Positions 49,239 to 59,132 of a DNA stretch of 64,000 nt are shown piece after piece. The notes below the pieces were generated by a model. The model was given only the letters and a program-made list of their open reading frames with translations. It ran no database searches and was not told where the DNA came from. Location of the stretch: contig JAMCWD010000067.1 of assembly GCA_023475345.1 (NCBI GenBank), positions 11,513 to 75,512 of the forward strand, read 5' to 3'. Source of the DNA: Chloroflexota bacterium (lineage in GTDB: Bacteria > Vulcanimicrobiota > JAMCWD01). Both the position numbers and the translations under genes were made by a program. How positions within the stretch are numbered: the first letter of the stretch is position 1; each line of letters begins with the position of its first letter.

Positions 49239-49912
49239 ATCTGTCATCGGGACTTAACACGGAAATATCGGAAAAGTTGTTTTCAGTTGCCGGGAAGGGT
49301 GGGATCGCCGGTTCCCCGGCTGTTGATTTTTTTTATTCCGATAACATCGACAAAGCCCTGGAGGCTGTTAACGACGCCTTTTTCAACGGGTATTGCCGTG
49401 ATCTAAAAGAGGACGCACCGGGATTAGATTATGTAAAATTAATCGAATATGCCCACAAGAAAGTCTTACCCGAACCTGGTGAAAAATCATTCCCGCTTGA
49501 TAAGCTTTACCCGCGAAAAAGCACGGAACTGCTTACCGAGGATTTCCCGCTCCTTGCTGACATCAGTTCCTGCATCAACTGGGAAAACAGGAACGATATC
49601 AACCGTAAATTTATCGAAGATGTCCTGAAAAAATTCAGCGTCAGAAAAAAGGCCGTGGAAAAATTGGAGGATAAAAAAAGACCCCTGTATTACCTGAATG
49701 CGGCGGCATTGTTTTTCATTAATTATTCACAAGGCGGGGATGCGCGTTTCTTCGACGCCCAGCTATGGGCATTCGATTTTTTCATCAATTCGAAAAATAC
49801 TTCCGCCGGGTGCTTGATGACCGCCGGTATTCTCGTGAAATTATCAACTTTGCTTTTTGTACAACGAACCGGCCGGACAGGTTTCCACCCGCTTCCAGGA
49901 GGATACGATTGA
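49235..49912 (+). CDS. Hypothetical protein
   Basis: 225-aa ORF overlapping both neighbours by 4 nt. Confidence 0.65.
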   Translation: MNLSSGLNTEISEKLFSVAGKGGIAGSPAVDFFYSDNIDKALEAVNDAFFNGYCRDLKEDAPGLDYVKLIEYAHKKVLPEPGEKSFPLDKLYPRKSTELLTEDFPLLADISSCINWENRNDINRKFIEDVLKKFSVRKKAVEKLEDKKRPLYYLNAAALFFINYSQGGDARFFDAQLWAFDFFINSKNTSAGCLMTAGILVKLSTLLFVQRTGRTGFHPLPGGYD

Positions 49913-50655
49913 ACATTTGTATTCTCGTAACGGACCTTCAGGCCGCGGAATCCCTGGCCGTAAACCTTCGCAGGGCGGGGCACAGCATAAGTGTTATCAG
50001 GTTTATTCTGGAAAAAGAGAGAAGCCTTCCTGAAAAAATAGGAGACAACCTCATCGTCAGGCTGATATATAACGCTTTAAGATTCAGGTTTAAAAATGCC
50101 CGCTCGCTTTTTTCAATTATGAGATCCGCAAAGATAATAAATTACGGCGGCCCCACCGATTCGCCCGATTTGACAGCGATAATTAAAAATCTAAACACCG
50201 ATATCGTCATCCAGAAAGTCGGGTTCATTCTGAAAGATAACATCCTGAGCGCGCCTGTTACGGGCGTTCTGAATGATCACATCGCTCACCTTCCCTATTT
50301 CAGGGGGCGAAGCGCAATGGAGTGGACTATCCTCCACGGTAAGAAAACCGGCAGCACTGTACACTTTATCGACCGGGGAGTTGACACGGGGGACATCCTT
50401 AAAATTTATGACAACGACATCGGCGAATTCACAGACAACCTTGCGGCGAAAGCTTACCTGTTTTCACTGGCCGATAAAAAATTTATCGAGATAATAGCTC
50501 TCCTCGGCGGCGATAAAATCAAGCCTTTACCGCAGAAGGAAGAAGACGGCAAACAGTTTTTCGAAATGCACCCTCTTCTCGTAAACCATGTAAACAAAAT
50601 GCTCGAAACAGGTTTTTACAGAGATTCCATGTCAAATGAGACTTTTAATCTTTGA
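49909..50655 (+). CDS. Formyltransferase family protein
   Basis: AGGAGG SD with TTG start; LNDH..HLPYFRG, GSTVHFIDRGVDTGDI. Confidence 0.82.
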   Translation: MNICILVTDLQAAESLAVNLRRAGHSISVIRFILEKERSLPEKIGDNLIVRLIYNALRFRFKNARSLFSIMRSAKIINYGGPTDSPDLTAIIKNLNTDIVIQKVGFILKDNILSAPVTGVLNDHIAHLPYFRGRSAMEWTILHGKKTGSTVHFIDRGVDTGDILKIYDNDIGEFTDNLAAKAYLFSLADKKFIEIIALLGGDKIKPLPQKEEDGKQFFEMHPLLVNHVNKMLETGFYRDSMSNETFNL

Positions 50656-52729
50656 CCTTGTATAACCTTGAAAGCTGACAATTCGGGAAATAATGTTTCA
50701 AGATTTTCCAGAACGGCATCCCCCGCCTTGCCATGCCTGCTGTGCCTTCCTGGCAAAGGCCGACGCCGTGCCCCCAGCCGCCCCCGTAAAATTCATAAGC
50801 AGGCTCGCCATGGAACACCGTCCTGATGATCGTGAAAAAAGTGCTCTGCATTCCGCCCGTGCTTATGTGGCCGCCGGAAAAAAGCCAGCGTATCGAATCA
50901 CGGTAAACGGTATATTCGCCCGTATCCGTTACAACGCGAAGCGCCTGGACACGCCCGCCGGGGGAACGCCGTAATATCTTCAAAGCCTTCACGTTTCCTA
51001 CTCTTATATTTCTCCCCAATGTCTCAGGGAGACTCTCTGAAAATATCTCGGTCAGATCTGAAAGCGTATAATATTCTTTCCACCTGAAGCGGTGGGTGCC
51101 CGCGCAATAGCAGTCCGGCGGGTTTTTAAGAAATTTTCTGAATGCGGATTCCGTCGATAAATCGGGGGTCGGGCCCGGCCCGCACAACCCGCCCGGCATC
51201 AACGGGTTATATTCGATACCCCATGCCTCGTCGGTGCCAGCGCCTATCCCCGCGCAGGTCGAATGGAAAGTCAGGTTGGCAGGGCGTCCGCGGTACGAGA
51301 TATAAACGCCCCTGGTGTACCGGCAGGCATCGGTCGAGCGGAGTTTTTCCGAGCCTTCGCCGCCGTAAACCTGGCAGTGGACCGTGGAGCAGAGATCGTA
51401 GCCGTCGTTTCTATGCTTCCCTATGTTGACAAGCGCGAAAGTTCTCGCCATAACAGCCATGCTGCAGAGAGCCTGCCAGGGATAAATCGCGGGCATCTCG
51501 TTCGGCAGGACGCCTGCCACGTATTCCTCCAGATTAAGGATGTTCACCACACGAAGCCCGTAATATTTCGGTGTTATCTCCAGCTTCCCGCGCAGCTCAA
51601 AACTCCTGAACGTGCCGTTCTCCCTCGTGATAAAAAGTTTTGCGACCCTGTTACTCCCCGTTGAAACGTACAACCTGCCCGTTGTTTTCCCGATGATGCC
51701 GCCGTTTTCATCTTTTATTTCAAGATACGGCGCCGCGCCACCGGTGATTGATTGAACGGAAACATGTTTCTTCGGACCGAAATTCAATTTGCTCTTATTG
51801 CCTGTCCCCTGGGTGAAACAGTTTTTTCTATCACAAGTTAAAGTGAACCCTGACAGGCTCCCCACGATAATTTTTTTTCTTCCCTGGTAAAGCCCGACTT
51901 TTATCGACGGGCCGCCGGTCTTAACCGGAATAACAGGAGGCCGGGGAGGGAAATATAAATCGCTTATATTTTTTTCAGCCTTATCTTCATCGACAATATG
52001 CGGCGAGAGTAAATTAAGCAGGCGGGCGAACAGGAAACGAACCTCTGCGGAAGCTGCATTTTCCGGGCGGAGTAAATCTTCGCCGCAATAAATGCAGCCG
52101 GAGTCTTTATTCATCAGTACCGCAGGCTCGCCTTTCCCCGATCCCCGCCACCATGCAAGAACCTTCGTGCAGTCCGACGGCCTGACGAGCATGGCCGTAT
52201 TACAACCGAGTTTTATAATTTTCGGGAGCCCCTGTCCGATCAATGCGGGAACTGTCTGTATCGAATCCGCCTCCGGCTCGCCGCTTTCCCACCTGTAAAA
52301 ATGAAGCCCGAAAAGATCGGCAAGCTGAAAATCATTGACAGTTCCGACAACCCTGTTTTTATCATCGCGGTACGAACTCTGTGCGAACGCCAGCACCTTT
52401 CCGCCCGATGCCGCCCACTCCCTTATTTTCCGGCATGAGTCCGGCGAAAGACACCGGAGGTTGGCGAGTATTAAAATATCACCCGGCTTTTCAGGCGACG
52501 CAAGATTTGCCTCGTCAATTTCGCTCCATTTGACGCTCAGCGAACCGAGCACGGACCTTGCCCCGAAAAGCTCTTCCTCCCCTGCCCTGCCGAAAAACTC
52601 CAGCGTCGGCCTGCTTTTCAAGAGGATTATTTCCGAGGCAAAAGCTCTTAAAGGAAACAAAAACCCGGCCAGGAGCAAAATCGTGATAATAAAAAAAACG
52701 GCGGTTTTAAATCTGAAAAATTTAATCAT
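50645..52729 (-). CDS. SpoIID/LytB domain protein with N-terminal GATase-like domain
   Basis: LEEYVAGVLPNEM, AVMARTFA, LCSTVHCQVY, GGGWGHGVGLCQ, IL.HYF; signal peptide. Confidence 0.88.
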   Translation of the reverse strand: MIKFFRFKTAVFFIITILLLAGFLFPLRAFASEIILLKSRPTLEFFGRAGEEELFGARSVLGSLSVKWSEIDEANLASPEKPGDILILANLRCLSPDSCRKIREWAASGGKVLAFAQSSYRDDKNRVVGTVNDFQLADLFGLHFYRWESGEPEADSIQTVPALIGQGLPKIIKLGCNTAMLVRPSDCTKVLAWWRGSGKGEPAVLMNKDSGCIYCGEDLLRPENAASAEVRFLFARLLNLLSPHIVDEDKAEKNISDLYFPPRPPVIPVKTGGPSIKVGLYQGRKKIIVGSLSGFTLTCDRKNCFTQGTGNKSKLNFGPKKHVSVQSITGGAAPYLEIKDENGGIIGKTTGRLYVSTGSNRVAKLFITRENGTFRSFELRGKLEITPKYYGLRVVNILNLEEYVAGVLPNEMPAIYPWQALCSMAVMARTFALVNIGKHRNDGYDLCSTVHCQVYGGEGSEKLRSTDACRYTRGVYISYRGRPANLTFHSTCAGIGAGTDEAWGIEYNPLMPGGLCGPGPTPDLSTESAFRKFLKNPPDCYCAGTHRFRWKEYYTLSDLTEIFSESLPETLGRNIRVGNVKALKILRRSPGGRVQALRVVTDTGEYTVYRDSIRWLFSGGHISTGGMQSTFFTIIRTVFHGEPAYEFYGGGWGHGVGLCQEGTAGMARRGMPFWKILKHYFPNCQLSRLYKVKD

Positions 52730-53583
52730 CTATGAAACAATTCCAGAACTTTTCTGACATTTCCGCCGTAACTTTTCAAAAGTTCTTCGGCCTTTATACG
52801 ATCAAGGCGCGCGGTTCCCATAACCAGGGCGACGGCGGTATTGCCGCCTGAAGTTTCAAGGAGCCTTTCAGCTTCGGCTTCGGAAACATTGCATATATCG
52901 CGGATTATCCCGGCGGCCCTGTTTTTAAGCTTGGCGCTGCCCGTGCCGACGGAGGCCATCCTGCCGCCGATAACTCTGCCGAGGCCCGTCATCACAGCGG
53001 TGCTTATCATGTTGAGGACAAGCTTGGTAGCGGTCCCGGCCTTGAGCCTTGTCGATCCTTCGAGAACCTCGTGGCCGACTTCGATGATAACGGCGTCACG
53101 GACCAGCGGTATAAAAGGCGAAGCAGGGCTGCATGTTATCAATGCCGGGTAGGCGTCAATTTCGGCCGCATATTCAAGTGCGCCCCTGACATAAGGCGTG
53201 GTGCCGCTTGCGGTAATGCCGACGACGGCGTCAAGTGAGGAGAGGTTCCTCTTTTTCAAATCTTCCTTTGCGGCGCCGGGGTCGTCTTCGGAATATTCCT
53301 GTGCCCGGAACATCGCGCCCTCACCGCCTGCGATAACCCCCTGAACCATTTCCGGAGGCGTCCCGAAAGTCGGAGGACATTCGGCCGCATCCAGGACGCC
53401 GAGCCTTCCGCTCGTGCCTGCGCCGACATAAAAAAGCCTCCCCCCTTCGGTAAGGCACAACTCGATTTCACGGACGATTGCGGCTATTTTATCGAGCGCC
53501 CGGCCCACCGACGAAACCGCTTCGATATCGGCGGAATGCATGAGTTGTATTATCTCCATGGCGGAGAGGTTTTCAAGTCTCAT
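52726..53583 (-). CDS. murQ: N-acetylmuramic acid 6-phosphate etherase
   Basis: GAGTSGRLGVLDAAECPPTF, GITASGTTPYV, GSTRLKAGTATKLVLNMIST. Confidence 0.93.
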   Translation of the reverse strand: MRLENLSAMEIIQLMHSADIEAVSSVGRALDKIAAIVREIELCLTEGGRLFYVGAGTSGRLGVLDAAECPPTFGTPPEMVQGVIAGGEGAMFRAQEYSEDDPGAAKEDLKKRNLSSLDAVVGITASGTTPYVRGALEYAAEIDAYPALITCSPASPFIPLVRDAVIIEVGHEVLEGSTRLKAGTATKLVLNMISTAVMTGLGRVIGGRMASVGTGSAKLKNRAAGIIRDICNVSEAEAERLLETSGGNTAVALVMGTARLDRIKAEELLKSYGGNVRKVLELFHR

Positions 53584-53600
53584 CTGAAATAGAGATCTTC

Positions 53601-54443
53601 TTACTTGATTCTTTCTTCTCTGGCGGCTTCGATTCTGCGCCTGCGCTCGGCTTCTTTTTCCTGCTCGATGCTGCGCACTATCTCGTCGGTTATCCTGACG
53701 TCTTTTCTCCATTCCCCTTTGATGACGATTGCGGCTATGATGATAAAGAAGATCAGCCCCATCCAGTCCAGGGGAGTCCTGACAGCTTTCCCGACAAAGA
53801 GGAGGGCAAACCAGATAATGCCGCCGACCAGCGGAATAGCGATAATCTCGCCCCTGACGACATCCCCGGTAACCGACAATGCGTTCAGGGGAACCATCCG
53901 GGGCCTTGCCCTGACTACCGCGACATCATCAACCATCTCCGGAATCCAGGGCGCAATGTAATCGGCCAGAAATGCAAAAATGACAATCATCAAAATTATG
54001 GCCGCATAATACTTAAATCCCGGGAGTAACAAGTGTAACAGCATGTAGCTGTTTTTGAACAGCAAGATGGTTACTATTACGAAAGCCGTGGAAACGATAA
54101 CCGTGAAAATCTTGTTAAACCTCACCTTGTCCCTGTCGAAAAGGTAGATATCGTCCATCCCGATCATGGGGAGCCTTGCGCCAAGGATCGTTATCAACAG
54201 AGTATTGGTCAAAAGCATTATTATGAAGTTCAATCCCAGGCAGGCCAGAACGGCCCACCTCTGCGCTTCGGGCTCATGCATGAAAAACAGGATGCAGACC
54301 GCCTGGACAATCAAGAGCAGTCCTAGAAAAAGATATAATTTACAGTCGTTCACCCTGTACCAGATCCATAGCGTCAGAAGGGCAACTACCAGGATCTGCA
54401 AGAATATATTTACTCCGATAGGTCCAGCCCATGGACTTGTCAT
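53601..54443 (-). CDS. Polytopic membrane protein of unknown function
   Basis: About 7 hydrophobic segments, charged C-terminal tail. Confidence 0.72.
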   Translation of the reverse strand: MTSPWAGPIGVNIFLQILVVALLTLWIWYRVNDCKLYLFLGLLLIVQAVCILFFMHEPEAQRWAVLACLGLNFIIMLLTNTLLITILGARLPMIGMDDIYLFDRDKVRFNKIFTVIVSTAFVIVTILLFKNSYMLLHLLLPGFKYYAAIILMIVIFAFLADYIAPWIPEMVDDVAVVRARPRMVPLNALSVTGDVVRGEIIAIPLVGGIIWFALLFVGKAVRTPLDWMGLIFFIIIAAIVIKGEWRKDVRITDEIVRSIEQEKEAERRRRIEAAREERIK

Positions 54444-54450
54444 AATAAGA

Positions 54451-54768
54451 TCACCCCTCCGTATGATTATTTAAAAGTTCTTCCACCTGGTCCAATACCG
54501 CGTCTCCCCGCATGAGGCCGTAATCCTGCCGGTCGATAACGGCGGCAGGTATGCTCGCTTTCGCCGCGACATCGCTCAACCTTTCGAACCGGTGCCTGAC
54601 CTGCGGGGCGACAAGCAGGACGTCGTATGAAGAAATTTTATCTTCAATGCCGTCACTTCCGGTGCTTTCAATGACCAGCGGGACTCCCCGCTTCTTTGCT
54701 TCGTTCTCCATAGAGCGGACAAGCATGCTACTTGACATCCCTCCCGAACATACCAGTAAAACCTTCAT
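54451..54768 (-). CDS. PTS IIB component, lactose/cellobiose family
   Basis: LLVCSGGMSSSML phospho-Cys loop, LVAPQVR, DYG.M.G. Confidence 0.9.
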   Translation of the reverse strand: MKVLLVCSGGMSSSMLVRSMENEAKKRGVPLVIESTGSDGIEDKISSYDVLLVAPQVRHRFERLSDVAAKASIPAAVIDRQDYGLMRGDAVLDQVEELLNNHTEG

Positions 54769-56660
54769 TTTGCCGACACCTCCCAGCGAATTACGGACGA
54801 ACCGCCTTCCGGTATGATAACCTGGATCGTCCTTGATTCGTCTTCCAGGGGAACCAGCATCTCGTCGGCATCCTTGTCTTTACGCCCGCGCTGATCCCTT
54901 GCCGCCTCGAATATTACAGGTCCCCCGGGTTCCTGGCTCAGGGAAATCTTCTGTTCATCGTTAAAGTTCTTGTAGATTACCAATCTTTCCTTCCCGGGAC
55001 CGTCCCATACTCCCCATTCGACCGAAGGCTGAAGCACGATGCTGTCAAGCACCACCGGCCTTGTGAAAAGAAGCCCCGAAAAACGGACTCCCAGCGTATG
55101 ATAAGCTGTTATCAATTTGATGGCTTCGGGGATCCTGTCCATAACCATCAGCGGGACTTCGTTGGTTCCGCTCTGGTATAGCTGATAATTCTTCCCGGCG
55201 TCAATCCTGCATTCTATAGCCACGGTGCCGCCTTCCGGAGGCTGACGGAGGTAATTGAAATATATAAGGTATTTAGAAGGCTCCTTAATGCTGAAGCGGA
55301 TCCAGAACGTGTTATTCTTGCTTAAAGAAACCAGCATCCCTTTTTCTCCGTTGGGGTAATACCAGTCTTCCGTGTTATATTTCATGCCGACCGTTTTGCT
55401 CTGCTCGGCTTCCAGCACCTGCCACGTATGCGGCGGCTCTGCGATTTTATAATTAATGAACTTCTCAGCGGGCGTCCCGGAAATATCCTGTATGATTGAA
55501 AGGGCGGCAAGCGTTGAAGACAAAGACGGCCCTTCTATCTTTTCCGGGCCTGTTATCGGCCCGAAGCCTTTTCCGGTCGCCGGGTCATACAACGGTTTTT
55601 GAAGCGAATTATTCCCTGTAAGCCAGCTTGCCGCAACGCCTGCAAGCCCGGCATAATAATCGTCGCCTGTCGCAGCCGATACTGAAAGCAGGTTGTCAAC
55701 CAGGCGGTATAACCCCCATGAAGTCCGGGGATATTCCAGGGGATGCGGCCCGAAACCGAATATGGGCACCCCGTGTATCACGATATGAGTATCCATCCCG
55801 TTGGCTTCACGCAGCGCACCGTCCAGCATGATCCTGTCATTTAAAAATTTGCCCGCCCTTGCAAGAGCTTCGGGATGATAAGCATATTCCAACTCCCATG
55901 CCCATGATTTCGAAGAATCCTGCAAAAAGGCATTGAACGGGTAATCGTTATAATTGCCCGTCTGGTATGGAATAAGGGCGTCCCCGAGATCTTTGACCAA
56001 CCGGGCCGATATGTCGGATGGCGACACTTCCTCCAATTCCAGTATTCCTATCATGTAAAGAGCGGTAAGCGCGCTGTCGTCGTCAAGAAGCCACATGGGA
56101 TAGCGTTTGCCGCCTTTTGTTACATAATTTCCAGGCCCGGTATCAGGCTTATACACCTCCGAGGACACCGTATCCAGCACCTTTCCGGCCGCCTTGAGAC
56201 ATCTTTCCGAAACATCTCCGCCTTCTTTGCCCAGGGATACCCCGGCTCCAAGGGCGCGCAGCGCCCATGCGGCAGGATAATGAATCCCCTTATCTTCGAG
56301 TTCCCCTTTCCGGCTTATAGCCTTGTAAAATGAACCGCCGCCGTCCTGAAAAGCAATTATGGCTTCAAGGGAAGATACCGCAAGATTGAGGGAATCTTTA
56401 TTTTTAGTTTTTTTATAATCCTTAATGAAAACCAGGGCGGCATGAGCCTGATCTATCAGGTTGAATTCGCCTGATTTCGATGCTTCGTCCGCATAAAGCA
56501 TTATAGCTTTTCCCCCGGGGAGATCTATTTTCTGCCCCAGGCTTTTTAAATACGCAAGGTTAACCTCCGGCGCCCCCGATGAAGGCGAGGCCTCCGATGA
56601 TGCGATGCTCAAAGCCGTTACTAAAAATATCAGGACTGCTATTTTTTTTATATCGATCAC
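54765..56660 (-). CDS. Secreted protein, putative helical-barrel glycosidase-like domain plus C-terminal beta domain
   Basis: Signal peptide; WALRALG and ASWLTGNN..PLYDPATG motifs. Confidence 0.6.
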   Translation of the reverse strand: MIDIKKIAVLIFLVTALSIASSEASPSSGAPEVNLAYLKSLGQKIDLPGGKAIMLYADEASKSGEFNLIDQAHAALVFIKDYKKTKNKDSLNLAVSSLEAIIAFQDGGGSFYKAISRKGELEDKGIHYPAAWALRALGAGVSLGKEGGDVSERCLKAAGKVLDTVSSEVYKPDTGPGNYVTKGGKRYPMWLLDDDSALTALYMIGILELEEVSPSDISARLVKDLGDALIPYQTGNYNDYPFNAFLQDSSKSWAWELEYAYHPEALARAGKFLNDRIMLDGALREANGMDTHIVIHGVPIFGFGPHPLEYPRTSWGLYRLVDNLLSVSAATGDDYYAGLAGVAASWLTGNNSLQKPLYDPATGKGFGPITGPEKIEGPSLSSTLAALSIIQDISGTPAEKFINYKIAEPPHTWQVLEAEQSKTVGMKYNTEDWYYPNGEKGMLVSLSKNNTFWIRFSIKEPSKYLIYFNYLRQPPEGGTVAIECRIDAGKNYQLYQSGTNEVPLMVMDRIPEAIKLITAYHTLGVRFSGLLFTRPVVLDSIVLQPSVEWGVWDGPGKERLVIYKNFNDEQKISLSQEPGGPVIFEAARDQRGRKDKDADEMLVPLEDESRTIQVIIPEGGSSVIRWEVSAK

Positions 56661-56692
56661 TGAAAAACACCTTTCAACTTAGATTCCTATAT

Positions 56693-57484
56693 TTATTTAG
56701 GTCTCGGCGCCTCCGGGATACTGCCCTCCGTAAACGGGGTGAATTCCATATCCGGAAAGTCGGGCGCAGGCCCCGTTTCAACTCCGGTTGGAGTCGAAAC
56801 CACCGCTCCCGTCTTTTCCGAAATCCGGAAAGTCCCCCTGACTTTGCCTTCGGCCAGCACATCCTGCTTCTTCAGATCGACAAGCGCTCTTTCGGCCTCC
56901 AGCCAGTCTCCCGAACCCTGCTCAACCCGGACATTTCCCGTAACCTGGATCCTGTCCCTGCTCCCGTCAAAATACGCCCTATCCCCCCTTATCCTCCTCC
57001 CGCCTGTCTTCACCTCAACATTGCCTTCAGCCGTCCCTTTGTTCGCCTTCCAGTAATAATCAAGCCTGCCAGCATCAAGTGTAGATACACCGGGCAGGGA
57101 AGATTTTTCATTCGTAACATTGCGGCTGGTTGCAAGATGCACGTTCCCGGTCAGCTCAGCCCTGCTTTCGTTGTATTTTACCAGGGCTTCCTTTGCAGTC
57201 AGGGTGGAGCCGGGCTGTTCTATAATAACGCCGCCCGTGATTTTGCCTTCCTGCTTCACAGTGTCGAAGACGGCATTATTTCCCTTTACCGTAATATCTT
57301 TGAATTCTATGAATACATGGCCATAAAGCCGGAGCAGGTTATCTTTCTTGCTGTATTCAAGGCGGTCAGCCCCCATATAAACTTCCTGCTTTTTTTCCGC
57401 AAACAACTTACCCGGCAGAAAAACCATCGTTAATAAAAAAGCCGGCAGGAGCAAATATTTTATTTGAAATTCCTTAATTTTCAT
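56693..57484 (-). CDS. LptA/OstA family beta-jellyroll protein
   Basis: Signal peptide; ADRLEY and repeated L.GNV.. / A.Y motifs. Confidence 0.8.
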   Translation of the reverse strand: MKIKEFQIKYLLLPAFLLTMVFLPGKLFAEKKQEVYMGADRLEYSKKDNLLRLYGHVFIEFKDITVKGNNAVFDTVKQEGKITGGVIIEQPGSTLTAKEALVKYNESRAELTGNVHLATSRNVTNEKSSLPGVSTLDAGRLDYYWKANKGTAEGNVEVKTGGRRIRGDRAYFDGSRDRIQVTGNVRVEQGSGDWLEAERALVDLKKQDVLAEGKVRGTFRISEKTGAVVSTPTGVETGPAPDFPDMEFTPFTEGSIPEAPRPK

Positions 57485-57512
57485 TATCCCTCCGGGATTT
57501 CTGAAATGTTCT

Positions 57513-59132
57513 TCATCCGCTCTTCTTTTCCTTCAGAAACCTTATCCCGCAAAGGATCAGAAAAGCCATGACCGAAGCAGGCATGACAATATCGCCGGTA
57601 CCGGTGTAAATTGTGCGTTTATCCGAAGGATATATCGTGCCTGAAATCATATCCAGCCTTGCGAGGGTCGTTTCCTGTTGTATTCTGCCCCGGCTGTCGA
57701 TTATCGCGCTTATGCCGCTGTTCCCCGATTGAATCAACGGGAGGCCTGTCTCGACCGCCCTGAAAACATCCCACCCTATGTGATTGGCGGCGGCGGAACT
57801 CAGCCCGAACCATGAATCGTTGGTAACCACTACGAGGAAGTTCGCTCCCATCCTGGCTTTAGCGCGCGCAACCGATGCGAAGTTCGACTCGAAACATATA
57901 AGCACCCCGAATTTTCCGCCCGGAAAATCAAATAACACTTCTTCGTTCCCCGGAACGAAATCCTGCACCCTGTCGAACACCGGGTACTTCCTGAGTTGTT
58001 TTTCGAAAGGCAGATATTCGCCGAAAGGGACAAGGTGGATCTTATGGTACTCCCCCTTAATCTCGCCCTGCGGCGACATCAATACGGCGGCATTCTTAAA
58101 AACATCGCCGATACGCCTGGGGATGCCGAAAAGCACGTAAACAGCGTTTTTCACGGCAAGCCCGCGAAATTCCATTTCAATCGGGTCGCCTTTTTCCATG
58201 CTTGCAGGGAGGGTCGTTTCGGGAAGAATGACAATGTCCGGCGAAGTTTTCATCGCCAGTTCCATTAAATGCAAAAGATTCTTCCTTGCTTCCTCCAGGT
58301 AAACCATGCCCCACGGTCGGTACATGCCTACATTCATCTGGAGCACCGCAGCCCGGAAACCCGGGCCTTCCGGGGCCTGCTTCAGCCTTCCAAACCCGTA
58401 TGCCAGGCTGAATATCAATGCGGAAATAACCAACACCGTAAACAGCGGCAAAGAACAGCCGGAAACTTTCGAAGTAAAAGGCCCGATAAAACCCCGCAAA
58501 ATAATATTTCCTGTGCCTTTCAGTTCCAGTTCCTTCCAATCGGCGGCGAAAGACGACGCCATATCGCGGCGGAGCCTGTCGATATACGCGGCGATGACGA
58601 CATTTACACCGAGCACGATAATCCCCACCCAGTAATATCCCAGGACGGATGCAGACTGGATCAAAGGCAGGTCGGGAGCCTGGCTGTAGCCGAGGCCGCC
58701 CCAGCCCAGTCCCAGCGGGCCGGAATTGCGGATACACTCGATAAAGACCCATGAAACAAGGAGAAAAATCATGGTTTTGAAATCCTTGCTTATCCCCTGT
58801 CCCCGGCAGCACCATGAAACAAGCCCCGCCCACAACGCAAAATAAACGCCCTGGAAAAGCGTGAGGGCTATCCATACATGGATTCCCAGGTCGGCAGCCC
58901 AGTAAAATATAACGCCGAAAAACACGGCCGCCATGATATAACCTGAAAGAAACGCTTTCCAGAAGCCGGCCCGGCCCCATATAACCAGCACCGGGACAAG
59001 GGCGATGAAGGCAAAAATATATTTTCCGAAATCGGGAAAAGAGATAACAAGGAGGAAACCCGAAACCCCGGAAAGAAAAATGATTACCAGCCAGGATACC
59101 AATTTGGCAGTAAAGGAAGTTTTTGTGTCCAT
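57513..59132 (-). CDS. lnt: Apolipoprotein N-acyltransferase
   Basis: W..LGYSQ, ILPET, YHKIHLVPFGEY, LICFES, TNDSWFG, RAVE..N.G.S. Confidence 0.92.
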   Translation of the reverse strand: MDTKTSFTAKLVSWLVIIFLSGVSGFLLVISFPDFGKYIFAFIALVPVLVIWGRAGFWKAFLSGYIMAAVFFGVIFYWAADLGIHVWIALTLFQGVYFALWAGLVSWCCRGQGISKDFKTMIFLLVSWVFIECIRNSGPLGLGWGGLGYSQAPDLPLIQSASVLGYYWVGIIVLGVNVVIAAYIDRLRRDMASSFAADWKELELKGTGNIILRGFIGPFTSKVSGCSLPLFTVLVISALIFSLAYGFGRLKQAPEGPGFRAAVLQMNVGMYRPWGMVYLEEARKNLLHLMELAMKTSPDIVILPETTLPASMEKGDPIEMEFRGLAVKNAVYVLFGIPRRIGDVFKNAAVLMSPQGEIKGEYHKIHLVPFGEYLPFEKQLRKYPVFDRVQDFVPGNEEVLFDFPGGKFGVLICFESNFASVARAKARMGANFLVVVTNDSWFGLSSAAANHIGWDVFRAVETGLPLIQSGNSGISAIIDSRGRIQQETTLARLDMISGTIYPSDKRTIYTGTGDIVMPASVMAFLILCGIRFLKEKKSG

